A stretch of 64,000 nt of DNA from the human T2T-CHM13v2.0 reference genome, Homo sapiens. Within the stretch, counting starts at the first letter, position 1, and the number at the start of each line of letters is the position of its first letter. Location: the NCBI RefSeq assembly GCF_009914755.1, contig NC_060939.1. One strand, 5' to 3'. The notes beneath the pieces are model-generated. The model worked only from the letters and a program-made list of their open reading frames with translations, did no database searches and was not told the DNA's origin. Both the position numbers and the translations under genes were made by a program. This document shows positions 40,601 to 55,600 of the stretch, piece after piece.

Positions 40601-43600
40601 TTCCATTCCATTCCATTCCCTTCCATTCCATTCCATTTGATATCAATCCATTCGATTCCATTCCATTCGAGCACATTCCAATCGAGTCCATTCCATTCGA
40701 TGCCATTCCATTTGATTCTATTCCATTAGACTCCATTCAATTCCATTAATCTCCATTCCATTCCATTCTACTCCAACTGATTCCATTCCATTCCATTTCA
40801 TTCCATTCCATTCCATTCCATTCCATTCCATTCCATTCTTGTCCATTCCACTCCAGTCCATTCCATTCGTGTCCATTCCATTCCAGTCCATTCCATTTGT
40901 GTCCACTGCATTCCATTCCACTCCATTCCATATTATTCCATTACACTCCATTCCATTCTATTACTTTCATTTCCATTCAGTTCCATTCCATTTGATTCCA
41001 TTCCACTCGGTTTCACTCCATTTGAGTCCATTCCATTCCATTCCATTCCATTCTGTTCCATTCCATTCCATTCCATTCCATTCCATTCGGTACCATTCCA
41101 TATTGTTCCATTCGATTCCATTCGAATCCATTCCATTCCAGTCCATTCCATTCGATTCCATTCCATTCCTTTCAATTCCATTCCATTCCATTCGATTCCA
41201 CTTGATTCCACTCCATTCCCTTCCACTGCATTCCATTCGATTCCATTCCATTGCATTGCATTCCATTCCATTGGATTGCATTCCATTCGATTCCATTCCA
41301 TTCGAATCAATTACATAGCAATCCATTACATTCGAGTCTGTTCTATTCCGTTGCACTCGATTTCGTTCCAATCCATTCGATTCCATTCCATTCGATTCCA
41401 TTCCATACTATTGCATTCCATTCGATTAAGTTATATTCGAATAAATTCCATTCAAGACCATGTCTGTTGAGTCCATTCTACTTGAGTCCATTCCCTTTGA
41501 TTCCATAACATTTGAGTCCATTCAATTCCATTCCTTTCGTTTCCATTCCATTTGATGCCATTCCATTCAATTCTGTTCTACTCGACTCCAATACATTCAA
41601 TTCCATTCCATCCGATTCCATTACATTCTTTTCATTTCTTATCCATTTCAAGCCATTCCATTCCATTCCATTCCACTCGTTTCCTTTCCATTCGAGTCCA
41701 TTCCACTCCAGTCCATTCCATTCGAATCCATTTCACTCCAGTCCATTCCATTCGAATCCGTTTCACTCCAGTCCATTAAATTCGAGTACATTCCATTCCA
41801 TTCTATTCAATGCCATTCCATTCGATTCTATTCCATTCGACACCATTCCTTTCCATTCCGTTCCATCCGATTCCATTCCATTGTATTCCATTCAATTCCA
41901 TTCCATTGCATTCCATTCGTTTCCATTCCATTCGAATTCATTCCACTCAAGTCCATTCCATTCGAGTCCATTCCATTCGATATCATTCCATACTATTGCA
42001 TTCCATTCGATTCCATTGTTTTCGAATAAATTCCAACCGAGACCATTCCTTTTGTGTCCTTTCTATTTGACTGCATTCCATTTGAGTCCATTAAATTTCT
42101 GCACATTCCATTCCTTTCCATTCCATTCCATTCCATTCCTTTCGGTGCCATTCCATTCCACTCTACTCCATTCAAGTCCATTCCATTTGAGTCCATTCCA
42201 TTGATTCGATGCCATTACATTCAATTCTATTCCATTCGAATCCATTCCATTCCATTTCCTTCCAAACGATTCCATTCCATTCTATTACTTTCTATTCCAA
42301 TCCATTCCATTCCGTTCCATTCGTTTCCAATCCATTCGAGTCCACTCCATTCCAGTCCATTCCATTCGATTCCATTCCATTCCAGTCCATTCCATTCAAG
42401 TCCATTCCACGGCATTCCATTCCATTCGATATATTTTGATAACACCCCATTCCATTCTGCTCCTTACAATTCAATTCAATTCCAGTCCATTTGATTCCAT
42501 TCCATTTGATTACATTCCATTCGACTCCATTCCATTCGACTCTATTCCATTCGAGTACATTCCATTCCATTCCATTGCATTCCGTTCGAATCCCTATTCC
42601 ATTCCATTTTGTTACTGTCCATTCCATTTGAGTCCATTCCATGCCAAACCATTCCATTCGATTCCATTCCAATAGATTCCATTGCACTCGAATCCAGTGC
42701 GTTCCATTCCATTGCTTTCCATTCTATTACATTCCATTGCATTACATTCCATTCCATTTGATTGCATTCCATTCAATTCCATTAATTTCGAATCAATTAC
42801 ATTGCAATCCATTGCATTAGAGTTCTATTCCAGTCCATTGCATTCTGGCGCATTCCGTTCCATTCCATTCCATTCGATTCCGTTCCATTCGAATCGATTG
42901 CATTGCAATGCTTTACATTCGAGTCCGTTTTATTCCAGTCCAATCCATTCCGGTCCATTCCGTTCGATTCCATTCTATTCGATGCCACTCCGTACTATTG
43001 TATTTCATTCGATTCCATTCTATTCAAATAAATTCCATTCGAGACCATTCCTTTCATGTCCATTCTATTTGAGTCCATTCCATTCGAGTCCATTATATTT
43101 GGGTCCATTCCATTCAATTCCATTGCAATCGATTCCATTCGATGTCACTCCATTCATTTCTATTCCATTAGAGTCCATGTCATTCGAGTCCATTCCATTC
43201 TATTCTATTCCACTCCATTCCATTCCATTCCACTCCATTCCATTCGTTGCCGTTCCATTCAATTCTATTATATTCCACTCCATTTAATTCCATTCCATTC
43301 CATTCCATTCTATTCCATTCTATCCAATTCCGTTCCATTCTATTCCTTTAAAGTCCATTCCATTCCGTTCCATTCGTTTCCATTCCATTCGAGTAAAGTC
43401 CACTCCAGTACTTTCCATTCGAGTCCATTCCTCTCCAGTCCATTCCGTTCAATCCATTCCATTCCAGTCCATTCCATTCGAGTCCGTTCCATTCCAGTCC
43501 ATTCCATTCGAGTCAATTCCATTCCATTCGATATCTTTCCATAACGATCCATTCCATTCTATTCCTTTCGATTCCATTCAATTCCATTCCATTCTATTTC

Positions 43601-46600
43601 ATTCCATTCGATTCCCGTCCATTGGACTCCTTTCCATTCGAGTGCATTCCATTCCGTTCCATTTCTTTCTGTTCTGTATGATTCCTACCGTTCGATTTCA
43701 TTTTGTTCCAGTCTATTCCTTTCACGTCCATTCCATTCCATTTCACTCCATTCGATTCCATTCCACTCGATTCCCCTCCGTTCCATTTCATTGCATTCCA
43801 TTCTATTCAATTCTATTGCATTCCATTCCATTCCATTTGATTACATTCCATGCGATTCCATTCGAATTCGAATCAATTACATTGAAATCCATTACTATTG
43901 AGTCCGTTTTACTCCAGTCCACTCCATTCTGCTCCATTCCATTTGATTCCATTCCATTCTATTCCATTCCGTACAGTTGCATTCCATTGGATTCCATTCT
44001 ATATCTATAAATGCAACTCGAGACCATTGCTTTTGAGTCCATTCTATATGATTCCATTCCATTCAAGTCCATTACATTTGGTTCAATTCCATTCCATTCC
44101 ATTCCCTTCCATTCCATTCCATTTGATATCAATCCATTCGATTCCATTCCATTCGAGCACATTCCAATCGAGTCCATTCCATTCGATGCCATTCCATTTG
44201 ATTCTATTCCATTAGACTCCATTCAATTCCATTAATCTCCATTCCATTCCATTCTACTCCAACTGATTCCATTCCATTCTATTCCTTTCCATTCCATTCC
44301 ATTCCATTCGCTTCTATTCCATTCGTGTCCATTCCACTCCAGTCCATTCCATTCGTGTGCATTCCATTCCAGTCCATTCCATTTGTGTCCACTGCATTCC
44401 ATTCCACTCCATTCCATATTATTCCATTACACTCCATTCCATTCTATTACTTTCATTTCCATTCAGTTCCATTCCATTTGATTCCATTCCACTCGGTTTC
44501 ACTCCATTTGAGTCCATTCCATTCCATTCCATTCCATTCTGTTCCATTCCATTCCATTCCATTCCATTCCATTCCATTCGGTACCATTCCATATTGTTCC
44601 ATTCGATTCCATTCGAATCCATTCCATTCCAGTCCATTCCATTCGATTCCATTCCATTCCTTTCAATTCCATTCCATTCCATTCGATTCCACTTGATTCC
44701 ACTCCATTCCCTTCCACTGCATTCCATTCGATTCCATTCCATTGCATTGCATTCCATTCCATTGGATTGCATTCCATTCGATTCCATTCCATTCGAATCA
44801 ATTACATAGCAATCCATTACATTCGAGTCTGTTCTATTCCGTTGCACTCGATTTCGTTCCAATCCATTCGATTCCATTCCATTCGATTCCATTCCATACT
44901 ATTGCATTCCATTCGATTAAATTATATTCGAATAAATTCCATTCAAGACCATTTCTGTTGAGTCCATTCTACTTGAGTCCATTCCCTTTGATTCCATAAC
45001 ATTTGAGTCCATTCAATTCCATTCCTTTCGTTTCCATTCCATTTGATGCCATTCCATTCAATTCTGTTCTACTCGACTCCAATACATTCAATTCCATTCC
45101 AACCGATTCCATTACATTCTTTTCATTTCTTATCCATTTCAAGCCATTCCATTCCATTCCATTCCACTCGTTTCCTTTCCATTCGAGTCCATTCCACTCC
45201 AGTCCATTCCATTCGAATCCATTTCACTCCAGTCCATTCCATTCGAATCCGTTTCACTCCAGTCCATTAAATTCGAGTACATTCCATTCCATTCTATTCA
45301 ATGCCATTCCATTCGATTCTATTCCATTCGACACCATTCCTTTCCATTCCGTTCCATCCGATTCCATTCCATTGCATTCCATTCGTTTCCATTCCATTCG
45401 AATTCATTCCACTCAAGTCCATTCCATTCGAGTCCATTCCATTCGATATCATTCCATACTATTGCATTCCATTCGATTCCATTGTTTTCGAATAAATTCC
45501 AACCGAGACCATTCCTTTTGTGTCCTTTCTATTTGACTGCATTCCATTTGAGTCCATTAAATTTCTGCACATTCCATTCCTTTCCATTCCATTCCATTCC
45601 ATTCCTTTCGGTGCCATTCCATTCCACTCTACTCCATTCAAGTCCATTCCATTTGAGTCCATTCCATTGATTCGATGCCATTACATTCAATTCTATTCCA
45701 TTCGAATCCATTCCATTCCATTTCCTTCCAAACGATTCCATTCCATTCTATTACTTTCTATTCCAATCCATTCCATTCCGTTCCATTCGTTTCCAATCCA
45801 TTCGAGTCCACTCCATTCCAGTCCATTCCATTCGATTCCATTCCATTCCAGTCCATTCCATTCAAGTCCATTCCACGGCATTCCATTCCATTCGATATAT
45901 TTTGATAACACCCCATTCCATTCTGCTCCTTACAATTCAATTCAATTCCAGTCCAGTTGATTCCATTCCATTTGATTACATTCCATTCGACTCCATTCCA
46001 TTCGACTCTATTCCATTCGAGTACATTCCATTCCATTCCATTGCATTCCGTTCGAATCCCTATTCCATTCCATTTTGTTACTGTCCATTCCATTTGAGTC
46101 CATTCCATGCCAAACCATTCCATTCGATTCCATTCCAATAGATTCCATTGCACTCGAATCCAGTGCGTTCCATTCCATTGCTTTCCATTCTATTACATTC
46201 CATTGCATTACATTCCATTCCATTTGATTGCATTCCATTCAATTCCATTAATTTCGAATCAATTACATTGCAATCCATTGCATTAGAGTTCTATTCCAGT
46301 CCATTGCATTCTGGCGCATTCCGTTCCATTCCATTCCATTCGATTCCGTTCCATTCGAATCGATTGCATTGCAATGCTTTACATTTGAGTCCGTTTTATT
46401 CCAGTCCAATCCATTCCGGTCCATTCCGTTCGATTCCATTCCATTCGATGCCACTCCGTACTATTGTATTTCATTCGATTCCATTCTATTCAAATAAATT
46501 CCATTCGAGACCATTCCTTTCATGTCCATTCTATTTGAGTCCATTCCATTCGAGTCCATTATATTTGGGTCCATTCCATTCAATTCCATTGCAATCGATT

Positions 46601-49600
46601 CCATTCGATGTCACTCCATTCATTTCTATTCCATTAGAGTCCATGTCATTCGAGTCCATTCCATTCTATTCTATTCCACTCCATTCCATTCCACTCCATT
46701 CCATTCGTTGCCGTTCCATTCAATTCTATTATATTCCACTCCATTTAATTCCATTCCATTCCATTCCATTCTATTCCATTCTATCCAATTCCGTTCCATT
46801 CTATTCCTTTAAAGTCCATTCCATTCCATTCCATTCGTTTCCATTCCATTCGAGTAAAGTCCACTCCAGTCCTTTCCATTCGAGTCCATTCCTCTCCAGT
46901 CCATTCCGTTCAATCCATTCCATTCCAGTCCATTCCATTCCAGTCCGTTCCATTCCAGTCCATTCCATTCGAGTCAATTCCATTCCATTCGATATCTTTC
47001 CATAACGATCCATTCCATTCTATTCCTTTCGATTCCATTCAATTCCATTCCATTCTATTTCATTCCATTCGATTCCCGTCCATTGGACTCCTTTCCATTC
47101 GAGTGCATTCCATTGCGTTCCATTTCTTTCTGTTCTGTATGATTCCTACCGTTCGATTTCATTTTGTTCCAGTCTATTCCTTTCACATCCATTCCATTCC
47201 ATTTCACTCCATTCGATTCCATTCCACTCGATTCCCCTCCGTTCCATTTCATTGCATTCCATTCTATTCAATTCTATTGCATTCCATTCCATTCCATTTG
47301 ATTACATTCCATGCGATTCCATTCGAATTCGAATCAATTACATTGAAATCCATTACTATTGAGTCCGTTTTACTCCAGTCCACTCCATTCTGCTCCATTC
47401 CATTTGATTCCATTCCATTCTATTCCATTCCATACAGTTGCATTCCATTGGAGTCCATTCTATATCTATAAATGCAACTCGAGACCATTGCTTTTGAGTC
47501 CATTCTATATGATTCCATTCCATTCAAGTCCATTACATTTGGTTCAATTCCATTCCATTCCATTCCCTTCCATTCCATTCCATTTGATATCAATCCATTC
47601 GATTCCATTCCATTCGAGCACATTCCAATCGAGTCCATTCCATTCGATGCCATTCCATTTGATTCTATTCCATTAGACTCCATTCAATTCCATTAATCTC
47701 CATTCCATTCCATTCTACTCCAACTGATTCCATTCCATTCTATTCCTTTCCATTCCATTCCATTCCATTCGCTTCCATTCCATTCGTTTCCATTCCACTC
47801 CAGTCCATTCCATTCGTGTCCATTCCATTCCAGTCCATTCCATTTGTGTCCACTGCATTCCATTCCACTCCATTCCATATTATTCCATTACACTCCATTC
47901 CATTCTATTACTTTCATTTCCATTCAGTTCCATTCCATTTGATTCCATTCCACTCGGTTTCACTCCATTTGAGTCCATTCCATTCCATTCTGTTCCATTC
48001 CATTCCATTCCATTCCATTCCATTCCATTCGGTACCATTCCATATTGTTCCATTCGATTCCATTCGAATCCATTCCATTCCAGTCCATTCCATTCGATTC
48101 CATTCCATTCCTTTCAATTCCATTCCATTCCATTCGATTCCACTTGATTCCACTCCATTCCCTTCCACTGCATTCCATTCGATTCCATTCCATTGCATTG
48201 CATTCCATTCCATTGGATTGCATTCCATTCGATTCCATTCCATTCGAATCAATTACATAGCAATCCATTACATTCGAGTCTGTTCTATTCCGTTGCACTC
48301 GATTTCGTTCCAATCCATTCGATTCCATTCCATTCGATTCCATTCCATACTATTGCATTCCATTCGATTAAGTTATATTCGAATAAACTCCATTCAAGAC
48401 CATGTCTGTTGAGTCCATTCTACTTGAGTCCATTCCCTTTGATTCCATAACATTTGAGTCCATTCAATTCCATTCCTTTCGTTTCCATTCCATTTGATGC
48501 CATTCCATTCAATTCTGTTCTACTCGACTCCAATACATTCAATTCCATTCCATCCGATTCCATTACATTCTTTTCATTTCTTATCCATTTCAAGCCATTC
48601 CATTCCATTCCATTCCACTCGTTTCCTTTCCATTCGAGTCCATTCCACTCCAGTCCATTCCATTCGAATCCATTTCACTCCAGTCCATTCCATTCGAATC
48701 CGTTTCACTCCAGTCCATTAAATTCGAGTACATTCCATTCCATTCTATTCAATGCCATTCCATTCGATTCTATTCCATTCGACACCATTCCTTTCCATTC
48801 CGTTCCATCCGATTCCATTCCATTGCATTCCATTCGTTTCCATTCCATTCGAATTCATTCCACTCAAGTCCATTCCATTCGAGTCCATTCCATTCGATAT
48901 CATTCCATACTATTGCATTCCATTCGATTCCATTGTTTTCGAATAAATTCCAACCGAGACCATTCCTTTTGTGTCCTTTCTATTTGACTGCATTCCATTT
49001 GAGTCCATTAAATTTCTGCACATTCCATTCCTTTCCATTCCATTCCATTCCATTCCTTTCGGTGCCATTCCATTCCACTCTACTCCATTCAAGTCCATTC
49101 CATTTGAGTCCATTCCATTGATTCGATGCCATTACATTCAATTCTATTCCATTCGAATCCATTCCATTCCATTTCCTTCCAAACGATTCCATTCCATTCT
49201 ATTACTTTCTATTCCAATCCATTCCATTCCGTTCCATTCGTTTCCAATCCATTCGAGTCCACTCCATTCCAGTCCATTCCATTCGATTCCATTCCATTCC
49301 AGTCCATTCCATTCAAGTCCATTCCACGGCATTCCATTCCATTCGATATATTTTGATAACACCCCATTCCATTCTGCTCCTTACAATTCAATTCAATTCC
49401 AGTCCAGTTGATTCCATTCCATTTGATTACATTCCATTCGACTCCATTCCATTCGACTCTATTCCATTCGAGTACATTCCATTCCATTCCATTGCATTCC
49501 GTTCGAATCCCTATTCCATTCCATTTTGTTACTGTCCATTCCATTTGAGTCCATTCCATGCCAAACCATTCCATTCGATTCCATTCCAATAGATTCCATT

Positions 49601-52600
49601 GCACTCGAATCCAGTGCGTTCCATTCCATTGCTTTCCATTCTATTACATTCCATTGCATTACATTCCATTCCATTTGATTGCATTCCATTCAATTCCATT
49701 AATTTCGAATCAATTACATTGCAATCCATTGCATTAGAGTTCTATTCCAGTCCATTGCATTCTGGCGCATTCCGTTCCATTCCATTCCATTCGATTCCGT
49801 TCCATTCGAATCGATTGCATTGCAATGCTTTACATTCGAGTCCGTTTTATTCCAGTCCAATCCATTCCGGTCCATTCCGTTCGATTCCATTCCATTCGAT
49901 GCCACTCCGTACTATTGTATTTCATTCGATTCCATTCTATTCAAATAAATTCCATTCGAGACCATTCCTTTCATGTCCATTCTATTTGAGTCCATTCCAT
50001 TCGAGTCCATTATATTTGGGTCCATTCCATTCAATTCCATTGCAATCGATTCCATTCGATGTCACTCCATTCATTTCTATTCCATTAGAGTCCATGTCAT
50101 TCGAGTCCATTCCATTCTATTCTATTCCACTCCATTCCATTCCACTCCATTCCATTCGTTGCCGTTCCATTCAATTCTATTATATTCCACTCCATTTAAT
50201 TCCATTCCATTCCATTCCATTCTATTCCATTCTATCCAATTCCGTTCCATTCTATTCCTTTAAAGTCCATTCCATTCCATTCCATTCGTTTCCATTCCAT
50301 TCGAGTAAAGTCCACTCCAGTCCTTTCCATTCGAGTCCATTCCTCTCCAGTCCATTCCGTTCAATCCATTCCATTCCAGTCCATTCCATTCCAGTCCGTT
50401 CCATTCCAGTCCATTCCATTCGAGTCAATTCCATTCCATTCGATATCTTTCCATAACGATCCATTCCATTCTATTCCTTTCGATTCCATTCAATTCCATT
50501 CCATTCTATTTCATTCCATTCGATTCCCGTCCATTGGACTCCTTTCCATTCGAGTGCATTCCATTGCGTTCCATTTCTCTCTGTTCTGTATGATTCCTAC
50601 CGTTCGATTTCATTTTGTTCCAGTCTATTCCTTTCACATCCATTCCATTCCATTTCACTCCATTCGATTCCATTCCACTCGATTCCCCTCCGTTCCATTT
50701 CATTGCATTCCATTCTATTCAATTCTATTGCATTCCATTCCATTCCATTTGATTACATTCCATGCGATTCCATTCGAATTCGAATCAATTACATTGAAAT
50801 CCATTACTATTGAGTCCGTTTTACTCCAGTCCACTCCATTCTGCTCCATTCCATTTGATTCCATTCCATTCTATTCCATTCCGTACAGTTGCATTCCATT
50901 GGATTCCATTCTATATCTATAAATGCAACTCGAGACCATTGCTTTTGAGTCCATTCTATATGATTCCATTCCATTCAAGTCCATTACATTTGGTTCAATT
51001 CCATTCCATTCCATTCCCTTCCATTCCATTCCATTTGATATCAATCCATTCGATTCCATTCCATTCGAGCACATTCCAATCGAGTCCATTCCATTCGATG
51101 CCATTCCATTTGATTCTATTCCATTAGTCTCCATTCAATTCCATTAATCTCCATTCCATTCCATTCTACTCCAACTGATTCCATTCCATTCTATTCCTTT
51201 CCATTCCATTCCATTCCATTCGCTTCTATTCCATTCGTGTCCATTCCACTCCAGTCCATTCCATTCGTGTGCATTCCATTCCAGTCCATTCCATTTGTGT
51301 CCACTGCATTCCATTCCACTCCATTCCATATTATTCCATTACACTCCATTCCATTCTATTACTTTCATTTCCATTCAGTTCCATTCCATTTGATTCCATT
51401 CCACTCGGTTTCACTCCATTTGAGTCCATTCCATTCCATTCTGTTCCATTCCATTCCATTCCATTCCATTCCATTCCATTCGGTACCATTCCATATTGTT
51501 CCATTCGATTCCATTCGAATCCATTCCATTCCAGTCCATTCCATTCGATTCCATTCCATTCCTTTCAATTCCATTCCATTCCATTCGATTCCACTTGATT
51601 CCACTCCATTCCCTTCCACTGCATTCCATTCGATTCCATTCCATTGCATTGCATTCCATTCCATTGGATTGCATTCCATTCGATTCCATTCCATTCGAAT
51701 CAATTACATAGCAATCCATTACATTCGAGTCTGTTCTATTCCGTTGCACTCGATTTCGTTCCAATCCATTCGATTCCATTCCATTCGATTCCATTCCATA
51801 CTATTGCATTCCATTCGATTAAATTATATTCGAATAAATTCCATTCAAGACCATTTCTGTTGAGTCCATTCTACTTGAGTCCATTCCCTTTGATTCCATA
51901 ACATTTGAGTCCATTCAATTCCATTCCTTTCGTTTCCATTCCATTTGATGCCATTCCATTCAATTCTGTTCTACTCGACTCCAATACATTCAATTCCATT
52001 CCAACCGATTCCATTACATTCTTTTCATTTCTTATCCATTTCAAGCCATTCCATTCCATTCCATTCCACTCGTTTCCTTTCCATTCGAGTCCATTCCACT
52101 CCAGTCCATTCCATTCGAATCCATTTCACTCCAGTCCATTCCATTCGAATCCGTTTCACTCCAGTCCATTAAATTCGAGTACATTCCATTCCATTCTATT
52201 CAATGCCATTCCATTCGATTCTATTCCATTCGACACCATTCCTTTCCATTCCGTTCCATCCGATTCCATTCCATTGTATTCCATTCAATTGCATTCCATT
52301 CGTTTCCGTTCCATTCGAATTCATTCCACTCAAGTCCATTCCATTCGAGTCCATTCCATTCGATATCATTCCATACTATTGCATTCCATTCGATTCCATT
52401 GTTTTCGAATAAATTCCAACCGAGACCATTCCTTTTGTGTCCTTTCTATTTGACTGCATTCCATTTGAGTCCATTAAATTTCTGCACATTCCATTCCTTT
52501 CCATTCCTTTCCATTCCATTCCTTTCGGTGCCATTCCATTCCACTCTACTCCATTCAAGTCCATTCCATTTGAGTCCATTCCATTGATTCGATGCCATTA

Positions 52601-55600
52601 CATTCAATTCTATTTCATTCGAATCCATTCCATTCCATTTCCTTCCACACGATTCCATTCCATTCTATTACTTTCTATTCCAATCCATTCCATTTCGTTC
52701 CATTCGTTTCCATTCCATTCGAGTCCACTCCATTCCAGTCCATTCCATTCGATTCCATTCCATTCCAGTCCATTCCATTCAAGTCCATTCCACTCCATTC
52801 CATTCCATTCGATATCTTTTGATAACACCCCATTCCATTCTGCTCCTTACAATTCAATTCAATTCCAGTCCATTTGATTCCATTCCATTTGATTACATTC
52901 CATTCGACTCCATTCCATTCGACTCTATTCCATTCGAGTCCATTCCATTCCATTCCATTGCATTCCGTTCGAATCCCTATTCCATTCCATTTTGTTACTG
53001 TCCATTCCATTTGAGTCCATTCCATGCCAAACCATTCCATTCGATTCCATTCCAATAGATTCCATTGCACTCGAATCCAGTGCGTTCCATTCCATTGCTT
53101 TCCATTCCATTACATTCCATTGCATTACATTCCATTCCATTTGATTGCATTCCATTCAATTCCATTAATTTCGAATCAATTACATTGCAATCCATTGCAT
53201 TCGAGTTCTATTCCAGTCCATTGCATTCCGGCGCATTCCGTTCCATTCCATTCCATTCGATTCCGTTCCATTCGAATCGATTGCATTGCAATGCATTACA
53301 TTCGAGTCCGTTTTATTCCAGTCCAATCCATTCCGGTCCATTCCGTTCGATTCCATTCCATTCGATGCCACTCCATACTATTGTATTTCATTCGATTCCA
53401 TTCTATTCAAATAAATTCCATTCGAGACCATTCCTTTCATGTCCATTCTATTTGAGTCCATTCCATTCGAGTCCATTATATTTGGGTCCATTCCGTTCAA
53501 TTCCATTGCAATCGATTCCATTCGATGTCACTCCATTCATTTCTATTCCATTAGAGTCCATGTCATTCGAGTCCATTCCATTCTATTCTATTCCACTCCA
53601 TTCCATTCCATTCCACTCCATTCCATTCGTTGCCGTTCCATTCAATTCTATTATATTCCACTCCATTTAATTCCATTCCATTCCATTCCATTCTATTCCA
53701 TTCTATCCAATTCCGTTCCATTCTATTCCTTTAAAGTCCATTCCATTCCATTCCATTCGTTTCCATTCCATTCGAGTAAAGTCCACTCCAGTCCTTTCCA
53801 TTCGAGTCCATTCCTCTCCAGTCCATTCCGTTCAATCCATTCCATTCCAGTCCATTCCATTCGAGTCCGTTCCATTCCAGTCCATTCCATTCGAGTCAAT
53901 TCCATTCCATTCGATATCTTTCCATAACGATCCATTCCATTCTATTCCTTTCGATTCCATTCAATTCCATTCCATTCTATTCCCTTCCATTGGACTCCTT
54001 TCCATTCGAGTGCATTCCATTCCGTTCCATTTCTTTCTGTTCTGTATGATTCCTACCGTTCGATTTCATTTTGTTCCAGTCTATTCCTTTCACGTCCATT
54101 CCATTCCATTTCTCTCCATTCGATTCCATTCCACTCGATTCCCCTCCGTTCCATTTCATTGCATTCCATTCTATTCAATTCTATTGCATTCCATTCCATT
54201 CCATTTGATTACATTCCATGCGATTCCATTCGAATTCGAATCAATTACATTGAAATCCATTACTATTGAGTCCGTTTTACTCCAGTCCACTCCATTCTGC
54301 TCCATTCCATTTGATTCCATTCCATTCTATTCCATTCCGTACAGTTGCATTCCATTGGATTCCATTCTATATCTATAAATGCAACTCGAGACCATTGCTT
54401 TTGAGTCCATTCTATATGATTCCATTCCATTCAAGTCCATTACATTTGGTTCAATTCCATTCCATTCCATTCCCTTCCATTCCATTCCATTTGATATCAA
54501 TCCATTCGATTCCATTCCATTCGAGCACATTCCAATCGAGTCCATTCCATTCGATGCCATTCCATTTGATTCTATTCCATTAGACTCCATTCAATTCCAT
54601 TAATCTCCATTCCATTCCATTCTACTCCAACTGATTCCATTCCATTCTATTCCTTTCCATTCCATTCCATTCCATTCGCTTCTATTCCATTCGTGTCCAT
54701 TCCACTCCAGTCCATTCCATTCGTGTCCATTCCATTCCAGTCCATTCCATTTGTGTCCACTGCATTCCATTCCACTCCATTCCATATTATTCCATTACAC
54801 TCCATTCCATTCTATTACTTTCATTTCCATTCAGTTCCATTCCATTTGATTCCATTCCACTCGGTTTCACTCCACTTGAGTCCATTCCATTCCATTCCAT
54901 TCCATTCTGTTCCATTCCATTCCATTCCATTCCATTCCATTCGGTACCATTCCATATTGTTCCATTCGATTCCATTCGAATCCATTCCATTCCAGTCCAT
55001 TCCATTCGATTCCATTCCATTCCTTTCAATTCCATTCCATTCCATTCGATTCCACTTGATTCCACTCCATTCCCTTCTACTGCATTCCTTTCGATTCCAT
55101 TCCATTGCATTGCATTCCATTCCATTGGATTGCATTCCATTCGATTCCATTCCATTCGAATCAATTACATAGCAATCCATTACATTCGAGTCTGTTCTAT
55201 TCCGTTGCACTCGATTTCGTTCCAATCCATTCGATTCCATTCCATTCGATTCCATTCCATACTATTGCATTCCATTCGATTAAATTATATTCGAATAAAT
55301 TCCATTCAAGACCATTTCTGTTGAGTCCATTCTACTTGAGTCCATTCCCTTTGATTCCATAACATTGGAGTCCATTCAATTCCATTCCTTTCGTTTCCAT
55401 TCCATTTGATGCCATTCCATTCAATTCTGTTCTACTCGACTCCAATACATTCAATTCCATTCCATCCGATTCCATTACATTCTTTTCATTTCTTATCCAT
55501 TTCAAGCCATTCCATTCCATTCCATTCCACTCGTTTCCTTTCCATTCGAGTCCATTCCACTCCAGTCCATTCCATTCGAATCCATTTCACTCCAGTCCAT

